A DNA stretch of 64,000 nt from Octopus sinensis (Eukaryota), in contig NC_043022.1 in assembly GCF_006345805.1 (NCBI RefSeq), positions 9,238,001 through 9,302,000 of the forward strand, given 5' to 3'. Positions within the stretch are counted from its first letter, which is position 1. Every line of letters begins with the position of its first letter. Both the position numbers and the translations under genes were made by a program. Positions 39,000 through 51,544 of the stretch are shown piece by piece. The notes below the pieces were generated by a model, which was not told the origin of the DNA, did not search any database, and saw nothing but the letters and a program-made list of their open reading frames with translations.

Positions 39000-39707
39000 A
39001 ATGAAGTTCATATGATAATCTTTTATTTCTTTGTCATATCATTTTCTTATATGTATATGTGTGTGTGTAGTGTTACGAAGAGCATCCAGCCATAAAAACC
39101 CTGCCAAAACAGACAGTGAAGCCTAGTGCAGTTTTCTGCTTAGCCAGCCCCTGTCAAACTGTCCAACCCATGTCAGCATGAAAAACAGATGTTGAATAAT
39201 GATGCTGATATTTATATATGTATGTATGTATGTACATATGTACACACATATGATGGGTTGCTGAAAAGTTCTTGGCTGTGGGTAAAAGAAAATAGAGGAG
39301 GATCAGTTAATTATGATTTTATTTAACATATTCCTCTTTCAGATTCACACACTTATTCCAGCGGTCCTTCGATTTTCCTGATCCCTGTAAAAGAACTCAA
39401 AAGGTTGTGCCTCCAACCAGGCCTTCTGCGTCACTCTTAAAGCCTTGGAACTTTTCAGCATCCTCTCTTGTGTGTGTTTAGTACACACACACACACACAT
39501 ATATAAATAGATTGATAGATAGATAGGCACACTGGATCAACCAGATTGTTATACACTGAATTTCTATGCACTGCTGCTTACAAAGCGCTTCCTGGTGTTG
39601 TCGTAGCTGGCAAATATTGCCACCCCCACTGGCTAGACAGGCAGGCCATATAAGGGGTGTGTGTGTGTGTACATACATATATATACGTGTGTGTGTGTGT
39701 GTGTATG

Positions 39708-39750
<43 letters not shown>

Positions 39751-39780
39751 ATGTATGTATGTACACACTCCTTCTGGTCA

Positions 39781-39990
39781 TTCAAAATGTGACCGCGTGT
39801 GTACCGTTGGTGATTTTTTTCCCTCTGTCTTCCCTTCTCTGGATCTTTCCTTCTCCTATGTTTCCGACAAAGAGCTCCACTCGAAACGTTAAACCCTCCT
39901 TCTTTCCTGAGCGTCCAATAATACTATATTTGTTCCACGTCCTCGCGTTGTTATGTTTTTTTGTGCTTTCTTGTTTGGATTAACTTTATA
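39781..39990 (+). mobile_element. Penelope-like ~200 bp repeat carrying a hammerhead motif; copies at 45417-45628(-) and 52080-52275(+)
   Basis: The three copies give consensus tgttt-CTGATGA-A-GAGCtccGCTC-GAAACGTT-aaac. Confidence 0.7.
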
Positions 39991-40276
39991 TGTATATATG
40001 TGTGTGTGTATAAATATATATATATATTGAGAGAGAGAGCAAATGAAAGGGTTTTGAGAATCCAGGCAGTTACCTTTGTCAGCACTCTAGTGAATACTGG
40101 CTCACAAAATGTATAGAAAGGAACAATGCCTCACTAGAAGTGTTTCATACAATCTGGAAATCAAAGAAGCTTTCTTTGGTCACACAGTCAAAGAGTATAA
40201 ACTGAAACAGCTGTAAACAAGGAATACATGGGAAATCAGTACCTTCATTCTTTTGCTTGTTTATATATATATATAT

Positions 40277-40655
40277 ACTAGCAGTATCGCCCGGCGTTGC
40301 TCAGGTTTGTAAGGGAAATAACTATAAAGCATTTTTAGAGAGTTATAGCCAAAAAATAGCAAAAAAATGGAAAAAAATGATGGTAATTTTTTTTTTTAGT
40401 TAAAAAAGGTGGAGTTGCGTCCCCTAGACAGTTTGCGGTTTGTGTTTCTGATTCTCGACCCCATGTCGAATTTATCGATTTTTTTCAGAACTGGGGGAAC
40501 TTTTCAAAATTTTCACTGCATTAGTTTTGAATTATGACATTGGGCTATGTGTGTGTCAAGTTTCATCAGAATCGGTTGAAAGCCGTGGTCAGGGTGAGGG
40601 TACAAGCAAACAGACACACAGAAACACGCACAGACAAACTGCCATTTATATAGAG
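40277..40655 (+). mobile_element. Non-autonomous Helitron/Helentron-like element
   Basis: 5' tactagcagtatcgcccggcgttgctcaggt (short subterminal IR); 3' aagtttcatcagaatcggttg...acagacaaactgccatttatatag; TA-rich insertion site. Confidence 0.6.
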
Positions 40656-41268
40656 AGAGATATATATATGGTGTCTTTACTTGTTTCAGTCATTTGACTG
40701 TGGCCATACTGGAGCAGTGTCTTTAGTGGAACAAATCAACCCTAGGACTTATTCTTTATAAGCCTAATACTTATTCTGTTGGCCTTTTTTTGCTGTCACT
40801 CCTCGACCTGCTTTTTCTTCTACAACCTCTTTTTCGGCCATACTCTACCCCTTCATTCTCAATTCTTTCTGCCCACCTCATCCCCAGCTTCTGTCACCTC
40901 CCCCTCATTCCCCACTTCTATCCTTTCATTCTCCACCACCCCCTTCTCCTCTCTACCCTTTAGATTCCTTCCTCTGTCCACCATCTCAAGCCACCAACCC
41001 AATGTCGGTGTCCTCTTCCTCCTCCTACCTTTCTTCCATTTCCCCATCTCATGCACACTTCTCCCTCCCACCATCTCATACTTACCTCCTTCTCCTTTCG
41101 CTCCCCCATATTCCCTTCTCTTTCCAACACCTCATCCTTCACTTTCTTCCTTCTTTGGATTTTACCTTCTTGATATTCTTTCTCTTGCTGAAACCATTTT
41201 CTTCATTCAGTGCATGTTCTGTTATTGCTGTGGTTGTATTCCCTACCCCCACTAACTATCCCCCCACT

Positions 41269-41305
<37 letters not shown>

Positions 41306-43324
41306 TACACACACATCCCTTCCTTGCAGATTTCCTTCCACTCATTTCTCCAGATACCAACCTTTATTCCTTTCACACATCCATTTACCATATCGATTGT
41401 TGTCGTTTAGCCAGAGATCAACTCCTTGATCCCAAAGACCTCCTATCATTAAAAACATTCCATTTTATTTTTATGTTTTCTCAAACTAAATATTTTGGAC
41501 TACATTAGCTCATGTCCTTTTTTTTTTTTAAGATAATGGCTGTGTGGTAAGTAGCTTGCTTACCAACCACATGGTTCTGGGTTCAGTCCCACTGTGTGGC
41601 ACCTTGGGCCAGTGTCTTCTACTATAGCCTCGGGCCAACCAAAGCCTTGTGAGTGAATTTGGTAGAGGGAATCTGAAAGAAGCCCATCACCATCATCATC
41701 ATCATCATCGTTTAGCGTCCGTTTTCCATGCTAGCATGGGTTGGACGGTTCTACTGGGGTCTGTGAAGCCAGAAGGCTTCATCAGGCCCAGTCAAATCTG
41801 GCAGTATTTCTACGGCTGGATGCCCTTCCTAACGCCAACCACTCCGTGAGTGTAGTGGGTGCTTTTTACGTGCCACCCGCACTGGTGCCAGACAGAGCTG
41901 GCAAACGGCCACGAACGGATGGTGCTTTTTATGTGCCACCGGCACGAGGGCCAGGCGAGGCTGGCAACGGACACGAAACGGGGCGGTGCTGGCAACGGTC
42001 GCGAAACGGAAAGTTCTCTTACATGCCACCGGCACTGGTAACACATCTGCAATTTCCATTGATCGATTTCCATTGATCGATTTCCATTGATCGATTTCGA
42101 TTCTGATCGTCACTTGCCTCAACGGGTCTTCACAAGCAGAGTTTTGACATGCCACCGGCACTGGTAGCACATCCGCAATTTCCATTGATCGATTTCGATT
42201 CTGATCCTCGTATATATATATAATATATATATATATGTATGTATGTATGTTTATATGTTTGTGTGTCTGTGTTTGTCCCCCCAACATCGCTTGACAACCA
42301 ATGCTGGTGTGTTTATGTACCCATAACTTAGCGGTTTGGCAAAAGAGACCGATAAAATAAGTACTAGGCTTCCAAAGAATAAGTCCTGGGGTCAATTTGC
42401 TCGACTAAAGGTGGTGCTCCAGCATGGCCACAGTCAAATGACTGAAGCATGTAAAAGAGTAAAATAATAATAAGGTGTGATATTCTTTTATTCTTTTACT
42501 TGTTTCAGTCATTTGACTGTGGCCATGCTGGAGCACTGCCTTAAAAGGTTTTTATTTGAAGAAATCAATCCCAGGACTTATTCAAGACCTTTAAACATGT
42601 CACCTGCTTCTCTTCCTAGGCAAATCGTTTCTCCATTGAGTTTCCAGTTAGGCATAAGTCCTTTTTTTCTAATAGCTTCTTCCTTCCATCTGCTGCTCTT
42701 TGGAACTCTACAATCATCTTCTTTTCCTCCCGGCTATAAATATTCAGTCTTTTAAGCTTGCTATCAATCAACGTTGTTTGAATTTGTAGGCCCCTTCTTT
42801 CCCTTATTTGTAATCCCTTACATTACAATGGCTTCAAGCCTTGTTTGGTACAAAATCGTATTGGTTTCAAATTTTGGTACAAAGCCAGCAAGCTCTGGGG
42901 AAGTGATAATTCTACATCAACCCCCAGTGCTCAACTGGTATTTATTTTATGAACCCTGAAAGAATGAAAGGTAAAGACAACCTTGGCAGAATTTGAACTC
43001 AGAATATAGAGACAGACAAAATGCTGCTGAGCATTTCGTGCAGCATGCTAACAACTCTGCCAGCTCCCTGCCGTTTTGAGACAAAATCATATTAAAAGAA
43101 AAAATGCATTATCTCGTGGCTTTGATTTCATTCCATAGTGAAGGTTGTTTAAAGTTTAACACTCAAACTTGTTTTGTTTCAAAATAATTTCAAATTTTGG
43201 CACAAGGCCAGCAATTTCCAGTTCAGTTCCCAATTTAACATGTTCTGTTATTGCTATGGTTGTAATCCCCCTACACACACACACACACACAATTTCTTTC
43301 TCTCTCTCTCTCTCTCTCACTCTC

Positions 43325-43368
<44 letters not shown>

Positions 43369-43421
43369 CCCTTCCTTGCAGATTTCTTTCCACTCATTGA
43401 TTGTTGTTATATATTGATATT

Positions 43422-43720
43422 GGAGGCACATGGCCTAGTGGTTAAAGCAGCGGTCGAGGGATCGCGGGTTCGAATCTTAGACCGGGCGATGTGTGTGTTT
43501 ATGAGCGAAACACCTAAGTTCCAGTAAGTCTGGCAGAAGGTAATGGCGAACTTCTGCTGACTCTTTCGCCACAACTTTCTCTCACTCTTTCCTCCTGCAT
43601 CTTGCAGCTCACCTGCGACGGACCGGCGTCCCGTCCAAGTGGGGAACCTATACGCCAAGGAAACCGGGAAACCGGCCCTTATGAGTCAAGCATGGCTTGA
43701 GAAGGAACAAACAACAAAAC
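43422..43720 (+). mobile_element. tRNA-derived SINE, family C, with V-domain-like segment; partial copy at 36085-36255
   Basis: A box tggcctagtgg, B box ggttcgaatc; cctgcgacggaccggcgtcccgtcca resembles the V-SINE core; (AAC)-rich tail. Confidence 0.75.
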
Positions 43721-44700
43721 GAATGCTTTGCTTTTCAAGAGCAGTCTTGTGCGGGCACTTGATTAGGTGGGATATAATTAATTCCAGTCAAAACTCTTTG
43801 CATGAACACCCTCCCTATACATAACTCCATGTCCCCCTACATGGCCGTGCTTTTGCTTTTTGAGCTAAAAATTAACTTAACTTATAAACTGAGTACCCTA
43901 ACCTCTAAGCCACTTGCCTTCACTATACATATATATAACAAGCAGTATAAGGAGAATGTTGTGATCTCAGTTATTTATACACCATGGAAACCAGATAACC
44001 AGCCTTGAGTCCTGGGGCTTAAAACAGTAATAACACCCAGGGATTAATGATGATGATGATAGTTTGCTCTTCTTTATTCGAAGACAGCAAGAGATAACTT
44101 GCAAGAAGTTTGGCTGCTATTTCTAGCAGTTTCAATGACTATGTAGAGGCTGGCTAAAATAACACTGCTTCCCAAATGACTGCGTGTATAGCACTCATAA
44201 TGCAGTCTCATGGGTGTTTATTGTTCGTGCAGATACACTCTTGCAGGGTGTTTATGTACTTGGCTCACACAAATATATGCGAGTGTACATGTGAAAATTA
44301 TATACATATATACACTTGCATAGAATAACATTTAATATATTGGCATGATTGATAAAGAAAAAAAGCTAGTCACAATACATTAAATGTTAATGCATACTCA
44401 CGTGTATATCTTTGTTTATATGTGTATATATATGTATGAATGTATGTATGCATTTATAAATATATATATATGCACATACATATATATAGATGTGTGTATA
44501 TATAATCATTACCATCACATAACAGTGATTATATATACATAGCTATACATACATGCATATATGTGTGTGTGTATGTAAACATGCATAAATATACATACAT
44601 ATGTATGTATATATGTATATACCATCGTTAAACAATGGTGATGATTATATGTACGCACACATGTATATGTGTGTGTGTGTATACATATAAATGTATATGC

Positions 44701-44733
<33 letters not shown>

Positions 44734-44743
44734 GTATATATAA

Positions 44744-44794
<51 letters not shown>

Positions 44795-46497
44795 TAATTA
44801 TATATTTATATTTATATACATGTATATGTATGCATATATATACATACACATACACATGTGTGTGTGTGTTTGTGTTCATTGGTGTAGTTAGTTCCTTTAA
44901 TGTTTATTGGTTGGTAAAAAAAAAGGAAAAAGCTTCACACAACAAAAGGCATTGATATTTCTGCAGCATCACATGCTTTTGAAGTCGGTTGGTGAGATTG
45001 GTGGGTTGGTGTTGAAGTTTATGGGCTGTGGTCGATGCTTGGAGGGTTGGGGTTGGACAAGTCGAGCAGTTCAAATACCACGCTGTCTTTGTCGCAAAGC
45101 CGTACAAGCTATTTACTATGAAGATTAGCTCCAAGAATTCAAAGATATGCTCTCTGCATGGTTGCTTGTCTTGCTAGAAGAAAGCGACCGAAACAACCTC
45201 AGATCACACTTTACTCAGAGCCCCAGAACTAGTTGGGAGAGCCTTTATAGTGCTACTTGAATTTCTAGAAATAACTGCCAAATTTTCCTCAAATCAACTT
45301 GGCACCTTGCGCAAGTGTCTTCTACTATAGCCTCGGGCCAACGAAAGCCTTGTGAGTGGATTTGGTAGATGGAAACTGAAAGAAGCCCGTCGTAGATTTG
45401 TTTATATATATATATAGTTAATCCAAACTTGAACAAAGAGAAAACACAACAATGCAAGGATGTGGAACAAGTATAGTGTTATTGGACACTCAGGAAAGGA
45501 AAGAAAGAAGGAGGATTTAATGTTTCGAGCGAAGCTTTTCATCAGAAACATAGAAAAAGGAAAAGTCCAAGGAAGGGAAGACGGAGAAAGAAAATTGACA
45601 ACGATACACACGTGGTCACATATTGAAATATATATGTGTGTTTGTGTCCCCCCCCCAACATCACTTGACAACCAATGCCGGTGTGTTTACGTCCCTGTAA
45701 CTTAGCGGTTCGACAAAAGAGACCGATAGAATAAGTACTAGGCTTACTAAGAATAAGTCCTGGGGCCGATTTGCTCGACTAAAGGCAGTGCTCCAGCATG
45801 GCTGCAGTCAAATGACTGGAACAAGTAAAAGAGTAATGTCACAAAGCAAGTTAGGGAGCTTGTATGTCCTTCCTCTGTTTACTAGAAGTAGCAAACCACA
45901 TCCTACTAGGACTTATAACCTAGCTGAGGGGAGTCCCTGTATCATTGTTTCTCAACCCTTTTTTACCTGTGGACCCTTTTGTTTCCTATTTTACTTTCAA
46001 CGTTAAAAAGAAAATCCTATTATATTTTTATTATCAGATATTACTTTCAAATTCTGGTACAAGGCCAGCAATTTTGGGGGAGGGGTAAGTCATTTACATT
46101 GACCCCAGTGTTCAGCTGGTACTTATCTTATCAACCCTGAAAAGATGAGTGGCAAAATCGCCCTCAGCATAATTTGGACTCGGAACATTAAGTTGGATGA
46201 AACACCTGCTAAGCATTAATGTAGATATATTAAGTAATTTATTGTACAAATTTTAACTATAAAATCTTATGGATCCTGGTTGAGAACCACTGTTCTATAG
46301 GGTTACTTGAATTTGTAGAAATAACAGCCAAATTTTCCCCAGGAGTGGCTGTGTGGTAAGAAGCTTGCTTTCCGACCACATGGTTCTGGATTCACTCCCA
46401 ATGCGTGGCACCATGGGAAAATGTCCTCAAGCCAACCAAAGCCTTGTAGTTGGATTTGGTAGACAGAAACTGAAACAGACCCATCGTGTGTGTGTGC

Positions 46498-46549
<52 letters not shown>

Positions 46550-46601
46550 ATGTATATATATATATGTGTGTGTATATATATATATGTGTGTGTATGTATG
46601 T

Positions 46602-46633
<32 letters not shown>

Positions 46634-47243
46634 GTATGTGTATATATATATATATTTATATTCTGTCACAAAAGAGGTCCTTCCTCAATTTGCTAGAAAT
46701 TGCAACCAAACCTTCAAAGGAGGCAGTTCCATGACATGCTAGCTAACCTGTAGCTAGGTCCCTGACAGGTGCTGCTACTCTATCTTGGAGTAGACATGGG
46801 AATAGTAGTAGCTAAGAGGGGGTCCCACACTACTCCCAACCAAGGGCCCACTACCAGACGCATTTTAAAGTCAAACAAATCCAGTATCCTGATAACTACT
46901 GGGTTTATGGTACTTATACCAGCTCTATACAAATCTGAAGGACTAGAGAGTGGGACTAGCCCTATGCAAACCACTCCCATTACAATAACACAGTGTAACG
47001 TCTTTGGTCAGTAAGTGTTATTTCCTATTTGCTTCTGTCTAGAAATGAAAGGAAATGACTACTATTCCCTTCAAACGTTGCTTTTGTGATCTGGACATCC
47101 ATGTTTTGAAACTGACCTATTTCCCATTACATTAGAGACAGATTCAGTGCTGAGTTGCTGAAGCAGAAATATCATTATAGCAAATATTCTGCTCAATACT
47201 ACAAATGTGCCTGACCATAACCAGTTGAATGTGTTCCTTAGTG

Positions 47244-47462
47244 CAGTGGTTTTCAACCAGGGTTCCGCGGAACCTTAGGGTTCCACCAGTACAATCCAGG
47301 GGTTCCGCAAGAAGTTACAAAACTGCTAAAATCGGCAGTAATTTTTAATTCTCCTGTGCAGATATGTGTGCATAAGACTATTAAATTATTGCACAGAGGT
47401 TCCTCGAGCCAGTGGAATGTTACCTTGGGGTTCCGCTCCAGCAAAAAGTTTGAAAAGCACTG
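47244..47462. mobile_element. hAT MITE
   Basis: TIR cagtggttttcaa / ttgaaaagcactg with perfect 8-bp TSD ccttagtg. Related cagtggttctcaa / ggggtccat elements at ~33600-33800, 34490-34870, 45945-46275, 52870-53530. Confidence 0.9.
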
Positions 47463-48047
47463 CCTTAGTGACTGACAATATATGCATCTCTGATCATGAG
47501 CAGGAGTAGTGGGGGGTGGTGTTCTTTGAGGTTTGAAGAAATATAACAAAAGGAAAAGGAACTATTAGCCATTTTTCAAAATTTCTAGGGGTCAGCAAAT
47601 AGTAAATAACAGTTGCCACCTAAGGACAAAAACCATGTTACACAGTATAATATTCTTCATGTAGGTTGTTCAACAAACCAAAAACACCAGCACCATTACC
47701 ATCACACTTTCTTCAAAGACATTGAATCGGAAACAGCTTCGTCTTGCTGAATCCTCATTCATTGAAGCGATGAGGGAGTCCGTGTTTCCCTATGAAATGC
47801 TATCTGGAGACCCTGTATTCTTTCTTCCTGTAAATATATGTTGTCTTCCTGGAATGGTTTTAATTTTGTCTGTGCATGTTTGTTTCTTTATATACATTTA
47901 GCCATTTGTGTTTTATGCGAAAGTATGTGTGCATGTATATATGTGCGTGTGTGTATAGTTGTATGTGTAGTATGTCTAATTGCATGTGTGCGTGTGGTTG
48001 TATGTGTATATACATATTTGTATGTGTGCTTGCATACATTATATATA

Positions 48048-48087
<40 letters not shown>

Positions 48088-48696
48088 TGTATGTGTGTAT
48101 ATATATATATGAATGTATGTGTGTATTATATATATGAATGTATGTGTGTGTATATATATATATATATATATGTGTGTATGTATGTATGTATATATGTCTG
48201 TTTATGTGTGGCTAAATGAGTACATTGTATGTATGTGCATCTGACGTATGCATACATGTACATCTGTTCATGTCTATTTGCGTGCATATGTGTGTCTGCA
48301 TGTGTGTGTAATTGTATGTGAATATATGTGTACATGTATATCTGCATGTATGATCATATGCATACACGAATGCCTCTGTGTGGTGTGTTTGTGTGTGTTT
48401 GTGTGTGTGTGTTTGTGTTTGTGTCTGTGTGTGTCTGTATCTTTTCCTATTGTTATTTCTATAAATCTATTTCAGTATCTATTACGTGTGCATGCATAAG
48501 TGTGCGCATGCACGTATGTTTGTGCATATGTCTGTGTCTGCATGTAGTTGTTTCCAATCTTATCTCTTAAAACTTTATCCTTGTCTCTCATCGGAAACAG
48601 AAGCACACAGCTTGTAAGTCATCGCAAGTGCTGGAATGGTAATGCATTTCTTAATTAGACACGAAGTCTTACACATTTTTCTTCCCCATCCCTTCG

Positions 48697-48747
<51 letters not shown>

Positions 48748-49057
48748 ATATCTCCCCTCATCATACAAACATTTTCTACATCTGTTTACTTAAGAAAATG
48801 TTAAAATTTATTATCATTGTTTGACATCATCATGTTACAATCATCATAATTATTTGTTGTTCTAGTTCTCATTATTCATCATCATCATCATCATCATCAT
48901 CGTTTAACGTCCGCTTTCCATGCTAGCATGGGTTGGACGGTTCAACTGGGGTCTGGGAAGCCCGGAGGCTGCACCAGGCCAGTCAGATGTGGCAGTGTTT
49001 CTACAGCTGGATGCCCTTCCTAACGCCAACCACTCTGAGAGTGTAGTGGGTGATTTT

Positions 49058-49495
49058 ATGTGCCACCGACACAGGTGCCAGACGAGGCTGGCAGACGGCC
49101 ACGCTCGGATGGTGTTTTTTATGTGCCACCGACACAGGTGCCAGACGAGGCTGGCAGACGGCCACGCTCGGATGGTGTTTTTTATGTGCCACCGACACAG
49201 GTGCCAGACGAGGCTGGCAGACGGCCACGCTCGGAGGTGTTTTTTTATGTGCCACCGACACAGGTGCCAGCGAGCTGGGCGACGGCACGCTCGGATGGTG
49301 TTTTTTATGTGCCACCGACACAGGTGCCAGACGAGGCTGGCAGACGGCCACGCTCGGATGGTGTTTTCTTATGTGTCACCGACACAGGTGCTAGACGAGG
49401 CTGGCGGACGGCCACGCTCGGATGGTGTTTGTTACGTGCCCTCAGCACGGAGGCCAGTCATTGCGGTACTGGCTACGGTCACGTTCGGATGGTTT
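49058..49495. repeat. 63-bp VNTR in the RTE 3' UTR: six near-identical units plus one divergent unit
   Basis: atgtgccaccgacacaggtgccagacgaggctggcagacggccacgctcggatggtgtttttt starting at 49058, 49121, 49184, 49247, 49307, 49371; divergent unit at 49434. Confidence 0.95.
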
Positions 49496-49684
49496 TCTTC
49501 TGTGCCACCGGCACTGGTACCACAAGGATACAAATTCCATTGATGTTCATCTATTTTGATTTGGTTCGATTTGATTTGATACGATTCGATTCGATTCTCA
49601 CTTGCCTCAACAGGTCTTCACAAGTGTCACAAGAAGGAAGGTATGCACAGGTGGACTGACTACGTCCCAGGTAGGGGCCATGGA

Positions 49685-51544
49685 TTATGGCTTCACTAGT
49701 CTTGCCGGGTCTTCTCACGCACAGCATACTTCCATAGGTCTCGGTCTCTAGTCATTTCCATGGTGAGACCTAACCGTCCGAAGGTCGTGCTTCACCACCT
49801 CGTCCCAGGTTTTCCTGGGTCTACCTCTTCCACGGGTTCCCTCAACTGCTAGGGATTGGCACTTCTCACACACCTCTCTTCATCCATTCTCGCCACATGA
49901 CCATACCAGCGCAATCGTCTCTCTTGCACACAACAACTGATGCTTCTTAGGTACAACATTTCTCTCAAGGTACTAACGCTCTGTCGAGTAAGTACACTGA
50001 CATTACACATCCATCGGAGCATACTGGCTTCGTTCCTCACGAGCTTACGCATGTCCTCAGCAGTCACGGCCCATGTTTCACTGCCATGTAGCATAGCTGT
50101 TCGTACACATCATCATACAGTCTGCCTTTTACTCTGAGCGAGAGGCCTTTAGTCACCAGCAGAGGTAAGAGCTCCCTAAACTTTGCCCAGGCTATTCTTA
50201 TTCTAGCAGTTACACTTTCAGCGCACCCACCCCCACTACTGACTTGGTCACCTAGATAGCGGAAACTATCACTACTTCTAGTTTTTCCCCCCGGAAAGTG
50301 ACAGAAGTTGTTTTCTGCAGATTTTCGGAGGTCAGTGCTCCAGAGCACCTGCCACATACAAAAACTATCTTCCCAGTTAGCCTACCTTTGACATTGCTGC
50401 ACCTCTTATGTGTCCATAGCTTACACTGGGTACATCTTATAGAGTTTCTACCTACACCTTTTCTACAGATCGAACAGGGCATCTTCCTGATGATATTTGT
50501 GGGTTTTCTACCTTCTACTTATTAGTACTTTGGTTTTAGCTAGGTTGACTCTAAGGCCCCTCGATTCTAAACCCTCCTTCCACACCTGGAACTTCTCCTC
50601 CAGTTCTGATAGTGAACTCAGCGATTAGAGCGAGGTCGTCAGCATAGAGGAGCTCCCAGGGGCAACCGTGTCTTGAATTCCTCCGTTATTGCCTGGAGAG
50701 GACTATGATAAATAGGAGGGGCTGAGTAATGAACCCTGGTGGACCCCAACCTCTACTTTGAATTCTTCTGTGTACATGTTGCCAACTCTAACCTTACTTA
50801 CGGCATCTCTGTACATGGCTTGCACAGCCCTCACCAGCCATTCATCTATCCCTAGTTTCCTCATTGACACCAGATGAGGGATCGGGGGACCCTATCAAAG
50901 GCTTTCTCCATGTCAACAAAAGCCAGGTACAGGGGCTTATCCTTGGCTAGGTATTTCTCCTGCAGCTGCCTTACCAGGAATATAGCATCAGTGGTGCTTT
51001 TCCCTGGGACAAACCCAACTGCATCTCATCTAAACTAACTCTCTCTCTAATTAGTTGGGCTAGACCCTCTCCGTAACCTTCATTACCTGATCAACAGCTT
51101 GATACCTCTGTAATTATTTGTATCCAGGGCATCACCTTTACCTTTGTAGCAGTTGACTAGTATGCTGCTACACCAGTCATTGGGTATGACTCCTTCGTAT
51201 CACCTGGTGACTATACGGGTGACTAGGTTATAGCCGACACTGCCAGATATTTTGAGCATCTCTGCAGTAATTCCTGATGGGCCTGGGGCTTTCCCTGTCT
51301 TCATGCTCCTAACTGCCTTAGCTACTACGGAACTATCAACTCGGATAGCTGGTCCCTCTGTTGGGTCAACATTGGGCAGACTCTCTTTATCCCATTCATT
51401 TTCTTTATTCAGCAAACTTTCATAGTGGCATCTCCAAACCTCTCTCTTTGCATCCTCATTTAGCGCAAGTGAACCATCATCCATGCGAACACACTTCTCT
51501 CCTACCACATCACGATTCTCTCTCACACACTGTCTTGCAACACG
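49685..51544 (-). pseudogene. Disrupted RTE reverse transcriptase ORF with a PHD-like finger (50345-50482)
   Basis: ORF pieces 51200-51580, 50252-50482, 50064-50357, 49849-50094. CSICRKGVGRNSIRCTQCKLWTHKRCSNVKGRL...FVCGRC has C4-H-C3 spacing. Confidence 0.9.

Larger units (their letters stand above)
48876..51544 (-). mobile_element. 5'-truncated RTE-clade LINE (RT, 3' UTR, (GAT)n tail); no endonuclease domain present
   Basis: KAPGPSGITAEMLK (51.3 kb), GCPWELLYADDL (50636-50647), FRYLGD, LHGSETW, ERRLRWYGHVARM; frameshifted; tail reads (cat)n on + at 48876-48901. Confidence 0.95.

Noticed and set aside
43422-43490. tRNA-like sequence with A and B boxes
   Set aside because: It is a SINE head that continues into a repeat body; no complete cloverleaf.
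46769-47014. 81-aa ORF ending at a strong GTAAGT donor
   Set aside because: No recognisable homology, and its frame at the nearest acceptor does not fit the candidate exon chain.
17164-48570. Dozens of ORFs rich in YI/VC/HT dipeptides
   Set aside because: They are translations of (TA)n/(TG)n/(CA)n microsatellites, open in several frames and on both strands.
48920-49659. Repetitive ORFs of 114-207 aa and a CRISPR-like appearance
   Set aside because: This is the 63-bp tandem array in the RTE 3' UTR: units are contiguous with no unique spacers, there are no cas genes, and the context is eukaryotic.
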